Assembly: GCA_964453165.1 (NCBI GenBank)
Contig: CAYVNX010000005.1
Location: 1 to 62,560, forward strand
Length of the DNA stretch: 62,560 nucleotides
Direction: 5' to 3'
DNA from: an uncultured Candidatus Kuenenia sp.
GTDB taxonomy: Bacteria; Planctomycetota; Planctomycetia; Pirellulales; UBA1268
Shown: piece by piece, positions 1-8,413 of the stretch
Layout: every line of letters starts with the position of its first letter
Position numbering within the stretch: position 1 is the first letter of the stretch
The notes under the pieces: model-generated
Database searches by the model: none
Told to the model about the DNA's origin: nothing
Seen by the model: only the letters and a program-made list of their open reading frames with translations
Program-made: the position numbers and the translations under genes

Positions 1-153
1 CCTAGGAAACCAGCGGAGCCATGGATGGCGGAGCGCAGTTTCCTCGGAGTGAGCGCAGGCCCGGAGGGCCGCAGCGAACGTCCGGCGACGGGACATGGGC
101 AACACCGACCTCCCAATTGACGTCACTTCCGCCGCTTCATACGCCAGGCCCGC
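1..153 (+). repeat. Dispersed repeat element, copy A (head segment plus first 78-bp unit; may be truncated by the window edge)
   Basis: nt 1-121 align without gaps to the reverse complement of 13501-13621 (about 104/121 identical by hand count). Both begin cctaggaaaccagcg. Contains the self-complementary ggaaac...gtttcc. Confidence 0.8.
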
Positions 154-387
154 GAACGTCCGGCGACGGGACATGGGCAACACCGACCTCCCAATTGACG
201 TCACTTCCGCCGCTTCATACGCCAGGCCCGCGAACGTCCGGCGACGGGGCATGGGCAACACCGACCTCCCAGTTGAAGTCGCTTCCGCCCCTCGATACGC
301 CACCGAAGATCCGGCGATCGGGCCGCGACACCGCCGACCTCCCAGGGGACGTCGCCTCCGCCCCTCCATCCGACACGGAAGATCCCG
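76..387. repeat. 78-bp tandem repeat, about 4 copies
   Basis: gaacgtccggcgacggg recurs at 76, 154 and 232 (period 78). Units 76-153 and 154-231 are identical; units 232-309 and about 310-387 are progressively degenerate. Confidence 0.9.
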
Positions 388-416
388 GTGATTCGAGCGG
401 TTTTTTGGGCCTCCGT

Positions 417-446
417 TTGACCCCCGGCCCTGCCAGACGCTACGCT
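417..446 (+). promoter_or_regulatory. Candidate sigma70-type promoter for the rpmF-fab operon
   Basis: ttgacc (417-422), an 18-nt spacer, then tacgct (441-446), about 25 nt upstream of the rpmF ATG. Pattern match only. Confidence 0.3.
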
Positions 447-471
447 CTGGGGCTCCCCGAAAGGTAGTTGT

Positions 472-651
472 ATGGCCGTTCCAAAGAGACGACAGTCAAA
501 CCAAAAGACCCGCTCCCGGCGGGCGCACGATTTCCTCACGCCCCGGCAGTTGACCTTCTGCCCGACCTGCGGCAAAGCGGTGCCGACGCACCGCGTCTGC
601 GGCAGTTGCGGCCATTACATGGGCCGCGCCGTCGTCAAGTCCGAGGATTAG
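472..651 (+). CDS. rpmF: 50S ribosomal protein L32 (59 aa; absent from the supplied ORF track)
   Basis: Hand translation gives MAVPKRRQSNQKTRSRRAHDFLTPRQLTFCPTCGKAVPTHRVCGSCGHYMGRAVVKSED. It has the canonical MAVPKRR start and a CxxC...CxxC zinc ribbon. aaagg lies upstream, and the position before the fab genes is typical. Confidence 0.9.
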   Translation: MAVPKRRQSNQKTRSRRAHDFLTPRQLTFCPTCGKAVPTHRVCGSCGHYMGRAVVKSED

Positions 652-655
652 TTCC

Positions 656-1585
656 TTGGACACGTCTCCCGCGGGCAGTCCGGGCACTGCGATTCTCTTT
701 CCCGGCCAGGGAGCTCAGGCCGTCGGCATGGCGGGAGAGTGGGTCGAACAACACCCCGCGGCTGCGGAGTTGTTCGCACGCGGGTCGTCGCTTCTGGGCT
801 TCGACCTGCTGGAGGTTTGCCGCCAAGGACCGGCTGTCCGGCTCAACACCACGGCCGTGAGCCAACCGGCGATCCTGGTGACCAGCCTCGCGGCGCTCGA
901 AGTGCTGCGATCTCGAGATCCCGCTCCGCTTGAATCCGCCACGCTCACGGCCGGCCTCTCGCTCGGCGAGTACACGGCGTTGGTCTTCGCCGGAGCACTC
1001 GGCTTCGACGACGCCGTGCGGATCGTGGCCGAGCGAGGGAGGGCGATGCAGGACTGCGCGGAGGCCACCCCGAGCGGAATGGTCGCCGTTCTGGGGCTCG
1101 AACGCGACGCGGTCGTCGCCCTCTGCGACGCCTGCCGCAGCAGCGGCGTGCTTCAGGTGGCCAACGTGCTCTGCCCGGGCAACATCGTCGTCTCCGGTGA
1201 CCACGACGCCTGCGACAGACTCGCAGCCGCGGCTGCGGCGGCCGGCGCGATGAAGTGCGTGAAACTGGAGGTGGCGGGAGCATTTCACACCTCCTTGATG
1301 CAGCCTGCGGTGGAACGGCTCTCGGCGGCGCTCGGCCGGGCGGAGTTTCGCTGCCCCCGCATCCCGGTGGTCAGCAACGTCGACGCCCTGCCCCACACCG
1401 ATCCCGAAGAGATCCGCGGCCTGCTGGCACGGCAGGTCGTCGGAGTTGTCGAATGGCAGGCCTCCGTGGCATACATCCTGGCCGAGGGCGTTCGCTCCGT
1501 GTGGGAAATCGGCCCCGGTCGCGTGCTTCGCGGCCTCATGAAGCGGATCGATCGCTCCGTGGCCACGAGCGGCGTGTTTGACTGA
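656..1585 (+). CDS. fabD: Malonyl-CoA:ACP transacylase
   Basis: N-terminal ILFPGQGAQAVGM and the active-site context GLSLGEYTALV. TTG start 5 nt after the rpmF stop. Confidence 0.9.
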   Translation: MDTSPAGSPGTAILFPGQGAQAVGMAGEWVEQHPAAAELFARGSSLLGFDLLEVCRQGPAVRLNTTAVSQPAILVTSLAALEVLRSRDPAPLESATLTAGLSLGEYTALVFAGALGFDDAVRIVAERGRAMQDCAEATPSGMVAVLGLERDAVVALCDACRSSGVLQVANVLCPGNIVVSGDHDACDRLAAAAAAAGAMKCVKLEVAGAFHTSLMQPAVERLSAALGRAEFRCPRIPVVSNVDALPHTDPEEIRGLLARQVVGVVEWQASVAYILAEGVRSVWEIGPGRVLRGLMKRIDRSVATSGVFD

Positions 1586-1613
1586 CGGCCCGTTCCCTGG
1601 AGGCTTCGGAATC

Positions 1614-2411
1614 ATGGCGGATGCAGGCAGCGGCTCGAAAAAGGCGGCGGCCCCGACGGCGCGGATCGCGGTCGATCTGACGGGCCAGGTCGCGTTGGTC
1701 ACCGGAGCGTCTCAGGGCCTGGGGCGGTCGATCGCCGAAGCATTGTCGGCCAACGGGGCCACCGTGGCCCTCGTGGCCCGCTCGGCCGACAAGTTGGCCG
1801 AGGTCGCCGCAGGTATCGCGGCTGCCGGAGGCAAGGCCGAGGCGTTTCCCTGCGACGTGATGAACCCCGAGGCGATCCAGCAGGCTGTGGATGCCATCGT
1901 GGAAAAGCTCGGGCGGCTCGACATCCTCGTCAACAACGCCGGCGTGACCCGCGACACGCTCCTGCCCAGGATGAGCGATGAGGAGTGGGACACCGTGCTG
2001 ACCACCAACCTCCGCGGTCCGTTCCTCTTCATGCGGGCGGCCAGCCGACCGATGATGCAGCAGCGCTACGGCCGAATCGTGAACGTGGCCAGCGTGTCAG
2101 GACTGATCGGCAACCCAGGCCAGGCGAACTATTCCGCGTCGAAGGCCGGCCTCGTGGGCCTCACAAAAACCGTTGCCAAGGAACTTGCCGGTCGCAAGAT
2201 CACCGTCAACGCCGTTGCTCCCGGCTTTATCGCCAGCGACATGACGGCCGCCCTGGGCGACGTCCTGCTCGACGAAGTGAAGAAGCGGGTGCCGGCCAAG
2301 CGGCTCGGCGAGGCGACCGAGATCGCCGACGCCGTGCTGTTTCTCGCCTCGCCCTCGGCGGGCTACATCACGGCTCAGACGCTCGTCGTCGACGGCGGCC
2401 TGATCGGCTGA
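1614..2411 (+). CDS. fabG: 3-oxoacyl-ACP reductase (SDR family)
   Basis: VALVTGASQGLG cofactor motif, NNAG, and YSASKAG catalytic motif. ATG at 1614 is preceded by ggagg; the track start at 1578 overlaps the fabD end. Confidence 0.9.
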   Translation: MADAGSGSKKAAAPTARIAVDLTGQVALVTGASQGLGRSIAEALSANGATVALVARSADKLAEVAAGIAAAGGKAEAFPCDVMNPEAIQQAVDAIVEKLGRLDILVNNAGVTRDTLLPRMSDEEWDTVLTTNLRGPFLFMRAASRPMMQQRYGRIVNVASVSGLIGNPGQANYSASKAGLVGLTKTVAKELAGRKITVNAVAPGFIASDMTAALGDVLLDEVKKRVPAKRLGEATEIADAVLFLASPSAGYITAQTLVVDGGLIG

Positions 2412-2414
2412 ATC

Positions 2415-2466
2415 GCCCGCCGGCGGGGGCCGAAACTTTCTGCCGGCCGTTTTCGAGCTTTTTTGG
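2415..2466 (+). terminator. Possible terminator/attenuator after fabG
   Basis: GC-rich self-complementary segments (gcccgccggcggg; ggccg...cggcc) are followed by T runs (gttttcgagcttttttgg). Imperfect stems. Confidence 0.3.
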
Positions 2467-2608
2467 CCAGGCGGCGGATGGTTTCGGGTCGGATTTTCAC
2501 GGTCTGGACATGTTTGGTGCCGAGCGGGTATATCTTCGCCGAGAACGCGGGCAAGATGCGTAGCCTCCGGAGGCTGGCGCCGTTCCGCGAGGTTTTTGGC
2601 TCCGGCCC

Positions 2609-2881
2609 GTGGAGGATTCACAGGTGGCATCCGTTCTAGATCGAGTGATTGACATCGTGGCGCAGCAGCTCGGGGTGAGCAAGGATCAGATCACACCCGA
2701 AACGTCGTTCATCAACGACCTCGGCGCCGACTCGCTCGATACCGTCGAGTTGGTGATGGAACTCGAGGAGGAGTTCGAGATCAACATCCCGGACGACGCC
2801 GCCGAGAAGATTCAGACGGTCGGTCAGGCTGTTGAGTTCATTGAGAAGCACCAGGCTTCCGGGGCGTCGGGCGCGAACTGA
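2609..2881 (+). CDS. acpP: Acyl carrier protein
   Basis: [19 protein letters not shown] phosphopantetheine-attachment motif (DSL). Start is GTG 2609 or GTG 2624. Confidence 0.92.
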   Translation: MEDSQVASVLDRVIDIVAQQLGVSKDQITPETSFINDLGADSLDTVELVMELEEEFEINIPDDAAEKIQTVGQAVEFIEKHQASGASGAN

Positions 2882-3031
2882 GCAGGCGCGGGGCGAAGCC
2901 CCCGATCGATCGCCACGCCCGGCTCGGGCGACGCGGATCTGTCGATGGGGTCTGGAGTCGCCCGACTCAGTGGCGTCTTCGGACGCAGGAGAGTCCTCTC
3001 CGAGAAGGATGGCCGAGAGGTTGGAGACGAG

Positions 3032-4273
3032 ATGAAGCGACGGGTGGTGGTGACGGGCCTCGGATTGGTCACGTCGCTCGGAAGGTCAGTGGACGTGTTC
3101 TGGGATCGGGTCGTGCGCGGCGAGAGCGGCGTGGGGCAGATCACGCTGTTCGACGTCGCTGGCTACCGGGTGCAATTCGGCGGCCAGGTTCCCTGGGAGC
3201 CCGAAGGCGAGGACATCGCGCCTCCCAAGGAGCTCAAGCGGCTCGACCGCTTCACCCAGTTCGCGATCGCAGCCGCGAAGGACGCCGTGTCCGACTCCGG
3301 ACTCGACTTCGGGGCCGAAGACCCGTTCCGTTGCGGCGTGGTCATCGGATCGGGCATTGGTGGACTCTGGGAGTTCGAGGTGCAGGAGGAGCGTCTGCTC
3401 CACAAGGGCATCGACAAGGTTTCGCCCTTCACGATCCCGAAGTTGATGGTGAATTCCGCCAGCGGCCACGTCTCGAGCATGTACGGCATCAAGGGGCCGA
3501 ACTTCGCCGTAGCAACGGCCTGCGCGAGTGCGGCCAATTCGATCGGCTCCGCCCTGCGTTCGATCCAGTATGGCGACGCCGACGTGATGGTGACCGGCGG
3601 CAGCGAAGCGGCCCTGACCCCCATCGGCCTGGCGGGCTTCCAGAACATGCGGGCCCTCTCGTTCCGTAGCGATGCCCCGCAGGCGGCCAGCCGACCCTTC
3701 GATGCCGATCGTGACGGCTTCGTGCTCGCCGAAGGGGCGGGCGTGATCGTGATCGAGGAACTCGAGCACGCCCGCCGGCGGGGTGCCCGGATCTACGCGG
3801 AACTCAAGGGCTACGGCGCGAGCGGGGATGCCGGCCATATCACGCAACCCGACGAGGAGGGTCGCGGGGCCGGGCGGGCGATGGAGATGGGCCTAGCCGA
3901 CGCCGGTCTCGGGGTCGATGCGGTGCAGTACATCAACGCCCACGGCACGAGCACACCGCTGGGTGACAAGGCGGAAACGGCCGCGATCAAGCGGGTCTTC
4001 GGCCCCCACGCGAAGAAACTCGCGGTGTCGAGCACCAAGAGCCACCTCGGGCACACGCTCGGGGCCAGCGGTGGCATCGAGGCGGTCGTGTGCGGCCTTT
4101 CGATCGCCCGCAACGTGATCACCCCCACGATCAATTACCACACCCCCGACCCGGCCTGCGACCTCGATTACACGCCCAACCAGGCCCGCGAGGCCCGGGT
4201 GGACGTGGCGATGAGCAACAGTTTCGGGTTCGGCGGCCACAACGCGAGTCTGGTGTTCGCCAGGCTGTCCTGA
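3032..4273 (+). CDS. fabF: 3-oxoacyl-ACP synthase II, catalytic triad intact
   Basis: MKRRVVVTGLGLVT start after ggagacgag. Active-site ATACASAANS (Cys), NAHGTSTPLGD (His) and KSHLGHTLGASG (His). Confidence 0.92.
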   Translation: MKRRVVVTGLGLVTSLGRSVDVFWDRVVRGESGVGQITLFDVAGYRVQFGGQVPWEPEGEDIAPPKELKRLDRFTQFAIAAAKDAVSDSGLDFGAEDPFRCGVVIGSGIGGLWEFEVQEERLLHKGIDKVSPFTIPKLMVNSASGHVSSMYGIKGPNFAVATACASAANSIGSALRSIQYGDADVMVTGGSEAALTPIGLAGFQNMRALSFRSDAPQAASRPFDADRDGFVLAEGAGVIVIEELEHARRRGARIYAELKGYGASGDAGHITQPDEEGRGAGRAMEMGLADAGLGVDAVQYINAHGTSTPLGDKAETAAIKRVFGPHAKKLAVSSTKSHLGHTLGASGGIEAVVCGLSIARNVITPTINYHTPDPACDLDYTPNQAREARVDVAMSNSFGFGGHNASLVFARLS

Positions 4274-4291
4274 CCCGGGCGGCAGGCCGGT

Positions 4292-5347
4292 ATGGTTCCC
4301 GGAGGACCGGCGATGAGGGATGCGCGGCGACGCGGCCCAGAGCGCAAGCGGGTTCCGAGTTGCACCGGCTCGGGGGCGGCGAAAGTCGCGTCGCGGACAT
4401 CGATCGCCACGTGCCTGGCGGCACTGGTGGCCGGCTCGGCGGGCGGTCAGATTCCTGCCGACGTCGGCCAGGTGTGGAAGACCTATGACCTCGGCCCGTT
4501 CGTGACGACGGCGGGCCCGGAGAGCGAGAAGCACGTCGTCGATTGGATCCTGCAGGAGACCGGCTATCCCGCCTGGCACGGAGCAAACCCCGCGTCGCTT
4601 TCGGCGGCCGATGGCAAACTCTCATGCTTCCATACCCCCGAGATGCAGGCGCAGGTCGCCGACATCGTCGAACGATTTGTGGCCGAGGCCGACAAGCCAC
4701 ACCGGTTCAGCGTCAGGGTGCTGGGGCTCGACGGCCCGGCTTGGCGGGCGGAGGCGCGGCCGTCGCTGCAGCCGATTCCCACCGCCACCCCCGGCGTGCA
4801 GGCCTGGATTCTTCCCCGGGAAAACGCCGTCGCCGTGGTGGCCAGGCTCCGGAGCCGCAGCGATGCCACGGAACTCCCCACGGGACCGGTTCAGGCGGGC
4901 AACGGGCTGCCAGCCGTGCTCACGGGCGGCCGACAGCAGGAGTACGTGCAGGACTACGGCTCGACTCCGGCAGCCTGGCCCGGCTGGCAGCCCCAGCGGG
5001 CCACGTGCGACGAGGGACTTTCGATCGAATTCCACCCGCTCGTCTCCGGAGACGGATCGGTGATCGATGCCGTCTTCAAATGTCGGATCGACCAGATCGA
5101 ACGGATGGCGCAGGTGTCGCTTCCCGCTCCGACCGGTGGTCCGCCGATCGCCGCGCAGGTCCCGCAGGTCGCGGCCGTGCGAATCGGCGAACGATTCCGC
5201 TGGCCGGCCAGCCATTCGCTCGTGGTCGCACTCGGCTTGGTGCCCTGGCCGGTTCCGGTGCAGAATGGCGTGGTGGCGGCCCTGATTGCAGACGTGGAGC
5301 GGCGGGACGTGGTGGTGGTGGTCGAGCCTCGGCTCAGCGGCCCCTGA
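4292..5347 (+). CDS. Hypothetical secreted protein, no recognisable domain
   Basis: Basic n-region followed by the hydrophobic IATCLAALVAGSAGG. Lies between fabF and the KAS paralogue on the same strand. Exact start is uncertain (4292 or 4313). Confidence 0.6.
   Translation: MVPGGPAMRDARRRGPERKRVPSCTGSGAAKVASRTSIATCLAALVAGSAGGQIPADVGQVWKTYDLGPFVTTAGPESEKHVVDWILQETGYPAWHGANPASLSAADGKLSCFHTPEMQAQVADIVERFVAEADKPHRFSVRVLGLDGPAWRAEARPSLQPIPTATPGVQAWILPRENAVAVVARLRSRSDATELPTGPVQAGNGLPAVLTGGRQQEYVQDYGSTPAAWPGWQPQRATCDEGLSIEFHPLVSGDGSVIDAVFKCRIDQIERMAQVSLPAPTGGPPIAAQVPQVAAVRIGERFRWPASHSLVVALGLVPWPVPVQNGVVAALIADVERRDVVVVVEPRLSGP
4363..4396 (+). repeat. Conserved 34-nt box, copy 1
   Basis: caccggctcgggggcggcgaaagtcgcgtcgcgg differs at one position from the reverse complement of 22717-22750. 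Its first 23-24 nt also recur at 25879-25903. Confidence 0.85.
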
Positions 5348-5422
5348 CGAACCGATTGTGCTACTCCGACGGACGGGGCAATGGCCGCCGATGGCTTCCT
5401 GAATTTGGGGATGAACGCCTGC

Positions 5423-6757
5423 ATGAGTGATCGAAGAGTTGTCGTGACCGGGATCGGCGTGGTCTGCCCGCTGGGCCTCACTCCCGAGGATCTTTGGACC
5501 GGGCTGGTCGAGGGCCGCAGCGGCGTGGGTCCAATCGAACTGTTCCCCCCCGGCGGTTTGCCGCTCCGGCATGCCGCTGAAGCCCGCTGCTTCACCGGGG
5601 CTATCGACGAATTCGGCAGCCTGGACGGTGAGCGGAAGAAGGCCATTCGCAAGGGCCTCAAGGTGATGTGCCGGGAGAGCCAGATGGCGGTCGCGGCCGC
5701 CCAGCGGGCCCTTCATGACGCCGGCAATGCGGCTGGGTTTCATCCAGCCGAGCGGTTCGGCTGCGTGTTCGGGTCGGATTACATGCTCACGCTTCCGGAG
5801 GACTTCACGGCCGGCGTGGCCGCCTGCCGCTCGGCTGACGGCTCATTCGACTTCGATCGCTGGGCTCCCGACGGGATGCCGATGCTCAACCCGCTCTGGC
5901 TGCTCAAGTACCTCCCCAACATGCCGGCCAGCCACATCGCGATCTACAACGACCTGCGGGGTCCGAGTAACTCCCTTACGCTCCGCGAGGCTGCCGGGCA
6001 CCTCGCGGTCGGAGAGGCATGCGTCACGATCCAGCGGGGCATGGCCGACATCATGGTGGCCGGCGCCACCGGCACGCGGGTTCATCCGATGAAGACGGTG
6101 CATGCTCTGCAGACCGAACAGGTCGCTCTGCCGGATGGCCAGGACGACGATCCGGCATCATGGAGCCGCCCGTTCGATCGCGGGCGTCGGGGCATGGTGC
6201 TCGGCGAGGGAGCGGCGGTGTTGATCCTCGAGGAGCTTTCCCATGCGGAGCGCCGGGGCGCCAGAATCCGGGCCGAGCTCGTGGGCCACGCGGCCGTCGC
6301 GGCCGTGGAACGAGGCGGCATCGGTCGACGGCGGACCGCTCTGCGGCACGCCTTCGGCACGGCGCTCCGGTCAGGCGGCATCGATCCGGGGCAGGTCGGG
6401 CATGTGCACGCCCACGGGCTCAGCACCGTGACCGGCGATCGCGAGGAGGCGGCGGCGCTCGCGGATGTGTTCGGCGCGGCGTGGCCCCGGGTTCCCGTCG
6501 TGGCCGCCAAGAGCCATTTTGGAAACCTCGGAGCGGGCAGCGGCCTGGTCGAGTGCATCGCCAGCATTCTGGCCTGTGAACGCGGCCACCTATTCCCCTT
6601 GCTCAACTACGAGACGGTCGACGGCGACTGCCCGATCCACGCTGCCCGGGCTGGCACCCCCGCGGGCGGGTGTTTCGTATCAGGTGCCGTCACTCCGCAA
6701 GGCCAGGCGGGAGCTCTCGCGTTTCGCGTCTGGCCGGCCGAACTGGCCGCTGCTTGA
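5423..6757 (+). CDS. Beta-ketoacyl synthase family paralogue with a non-canonical active site (Glu-His-Asn)
   Basis: MSDRRVVVTGIGVV start. Gapless alignment to the fabF active-site block places Glu (gag 5987-5989) where Cys sits (GPSNSLTLREAAG versus GPNFAVATACASA). AHGLSTVTGD keeps the first His; KSHFGNLGAGSG has Asn for the second His. Confidence 0.85.
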   Translation: MSDRRVVVTGIGVVCPLGLTPEDLWTGLVEGRSGVGPIELFPPGGLPLRHAAEARCFTGAIDEFGSLDGERKKAIRKGLKVMCRESQMAVAAAQRALHDAGNAAGFHPAERFGCVFGSDYMLTLPEDFTAGVAACRSADGSFDFDRWAPDGMPMLNPLWLLKYLPNMPASHIAIYNDLRGPSNSLTLREAAGHLAVGEACVTIQRGMADIMVAGATGTRVHPMKTVHALQTEQVALPDGQDDDPASWSRPFDRGRRGMVLGEGAAVLILEELSHAERRGARIRAELVGHAAVAAVERGGIGRRRTALRHAFGTALRSGGIDPGQVGHVHAHGLSTVTGDREEAAALADVFGAAWPRVPVVAAKSHFGNLGAGSGLVECIASILACERGHLFPLLNYETVDGDCPIHAARAGTPAGGCFVSGAVTPQGQAGALAFRVWPAELAAA

Positions 6758-6970
6758 CAGTGGCAGGCCGGTGGCCTACTCTCCACGGGGTTCCTCGCGA
6801 GGAAGACTGCTGGTTCGCGGATTCGCTTCCAGGCGTTCCCGAGCGACTGACGGGTTCCGATCCACCGGGTGATCGGCCCGAGCAGCTCGGAAATGTCTCG
6901 GCGCCCATGTCGTGTTATGGCGTCGGCCGTGCCGGTGCCGTCATATCGCCAAGGGGCCGCTGAGACTGAC

Positions 6971-8323
6971 ATGAAGCCAGAAGAAATTCTCCGGATCGTC
7001 GACGCGATCCACCGCGACAAAAACATCGACAAGGAAATCGTGTTCCAGGCCATTGAAGCGGCCCTGGTCACGGCTCTGGCGCGGCAGTACGGCGAGACCT
7101 CCGAGATCGTGATTGCGATCAATCGCACGGACGGCTCGATCTCGGGTTCGCACGACGGGCAGCCGATCGAATCGGCGGAACTCGCCGGTCGGATCGGTGC
7201 TCAGACCGCCAAGCAGGTGATCATTCAGAAGATCCGCGAGGCTGAGCGGGATGCCATCCACGACGAGTTCGAGGAGCAGGTCGGCCACATGGTGTCGGGT
7301 GTCGTGACCCGGTTCGAGGGAGCGACCGCGACGGTCGCCCTGGGCAACCAGGAGGCGATCCTGCCCCGCAGTGAGCAGATCCCGGGCGAGAGCTTCCATG
7401 CCAACGAACGGATTCGGGCCACGATCTTCGAGGTTCGCAAGGTCGGCAGCCGGGTGAAGATCATCCTGTCGCGAATCCGGCCGCAGTTGGTGCAGCGGTT
7501 GTTCGAGCAGGAGATCCCCGAGATCGCGGACGGCGTGATCGAAATCCGGGCCATCGCCCGCGAGCCCGGCTACCGCAGCAAGGTGGCCGTGATCAGCTCC
7601 GACAACCGGATCGACTGCGTCGGAGCCTGCGTTGGCGTCCGGGGAAACCGCATCAAGAACATCGTCGAAGAACTCGGCGGCGAGCGGATCGACATCGTCC
7701 GCTGGAGCGACGATCTCCAGGTGCTCGTTCCCAACGCCCTGCAGCCGGCCGAGGTCGACGAGGTGATCCTCTGCCAAATGCTCGGCCGCGGCATCGTGTT
7801 GGTGCGAGAGGATCAACTGTCGCTGGCAATCGGTCGCCGCGGCCAAAACGTCCGGCTGGCCAGCAAGCTCTGTGGCTGGGACATCGAGATCATGACCCAG
7901 GAAGAACTCGACCAGCAGATCGAACGGGCCACGGCTGGATTCGCCTCGATCGAGGGCATGGATGATTCGCTCGCCGAACGGCTCGTGGGGGAGGGCTTTC
8001 TCTCCTACGACGACCTGTCTGTGATCGAGCCCGATGACTTGATGGAAATGGGCGGCTTGTCCGCCGAACAGGTCGATGCGATCGTTGAGGAGGCTGAGCA
8101 GCGGGCCCAGTTGGCCGAGGTGGCCGCCGCCGACGAGCGGCGGAAGCAGCGAGAGCAGGAGCGGATCGCCAAGGCCACCGCTGACGCCGAGGCAGCAGAT
8201 GCGGCCGAAGCAGCGGCGCACGCGGCGATTCAGCCGACCGAAGCGGCGTTGGCCGGCGGCGGCTCGGAGGGTGAGGCGGAGGCTCCCGAAGGGGTGGCCG
8301 ACGTTTCCGGCGAGTCGTCGTGA
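6971..8323 (+). CDS. nusA: Transcription termination/antitermination factor NusA
   Basis: [33 protein letters not shown]-terminus, S1/KH-region motifs, and an acidic C-terminal tail. The track start at 6869 is an upstream extension. Confidence 0.92.
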   Translation: MKPEEILRIVDAIHRDKNIDKEIVFQAIEAALVTALARQYGETSEIVIAINRTDGSISGSHDGQPIESAELAGRIGAQTAKQVIIQKIREAERDAIHDEFEEQVGHMVSGVVTRFEGATATVALGNQEAILPRSEQIPGESFHANERIRATIFEVRKVGSRVKIILSRIRPQLVQRLFEQEIPEIADGVIEIRAIAREPGYRSKVAVISSDNRIDCVGACVGVRGNRIKNIVEELGGERIDIVRWSDDLQVLVPNALQPAEVDEVILCQMLGRGIVLVREDQLSLAIGRRGQNVRLASKLCGWDIEIMTQEELDQQIERATAGFASIEGMDDSLAERLVGEGFLSYDDLSVIEPDDLMEMGGLSAEQVDAIVEEAEQRAQLAEVAAADERRKQREQERIAKATADAEAADAAEAAAHAAIQPTEAALAGGGSEGEAEAPEGVADVSGESS

Positions 8324-8413
8324 TGATCGTGACGTGTGGCATGGCGGAGATCGGAGTCGAAGGGAACGAGACGGTGACGAGCAACCGGCAGCAGCCGGTG
8401 GAGAGAGGCGCGA

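Noticed and set aside
76-387. CRISPR array interpretation of the 78-bp and 11-bp repeats (76-387 and 62469-62519).
   Set aside because: The units are directly abutting tandem copies with no unique spacers, and no cas genes are present in the window.
21-467. ORFs 21..467 and 95..391 (+) and 201..575 (-) across the tandem repeat, plus the similar peptide MDGESQFPRSERRPGG at the inverted copy.
   Set aside because: The repeated peptides simply mirror the 78-bp DNA repeat. Differences between the two element copies are not biased toward synonymous changes (GAQ versus ESQ), and there are no RBS or domain features. I treat these as non-coding repeats.
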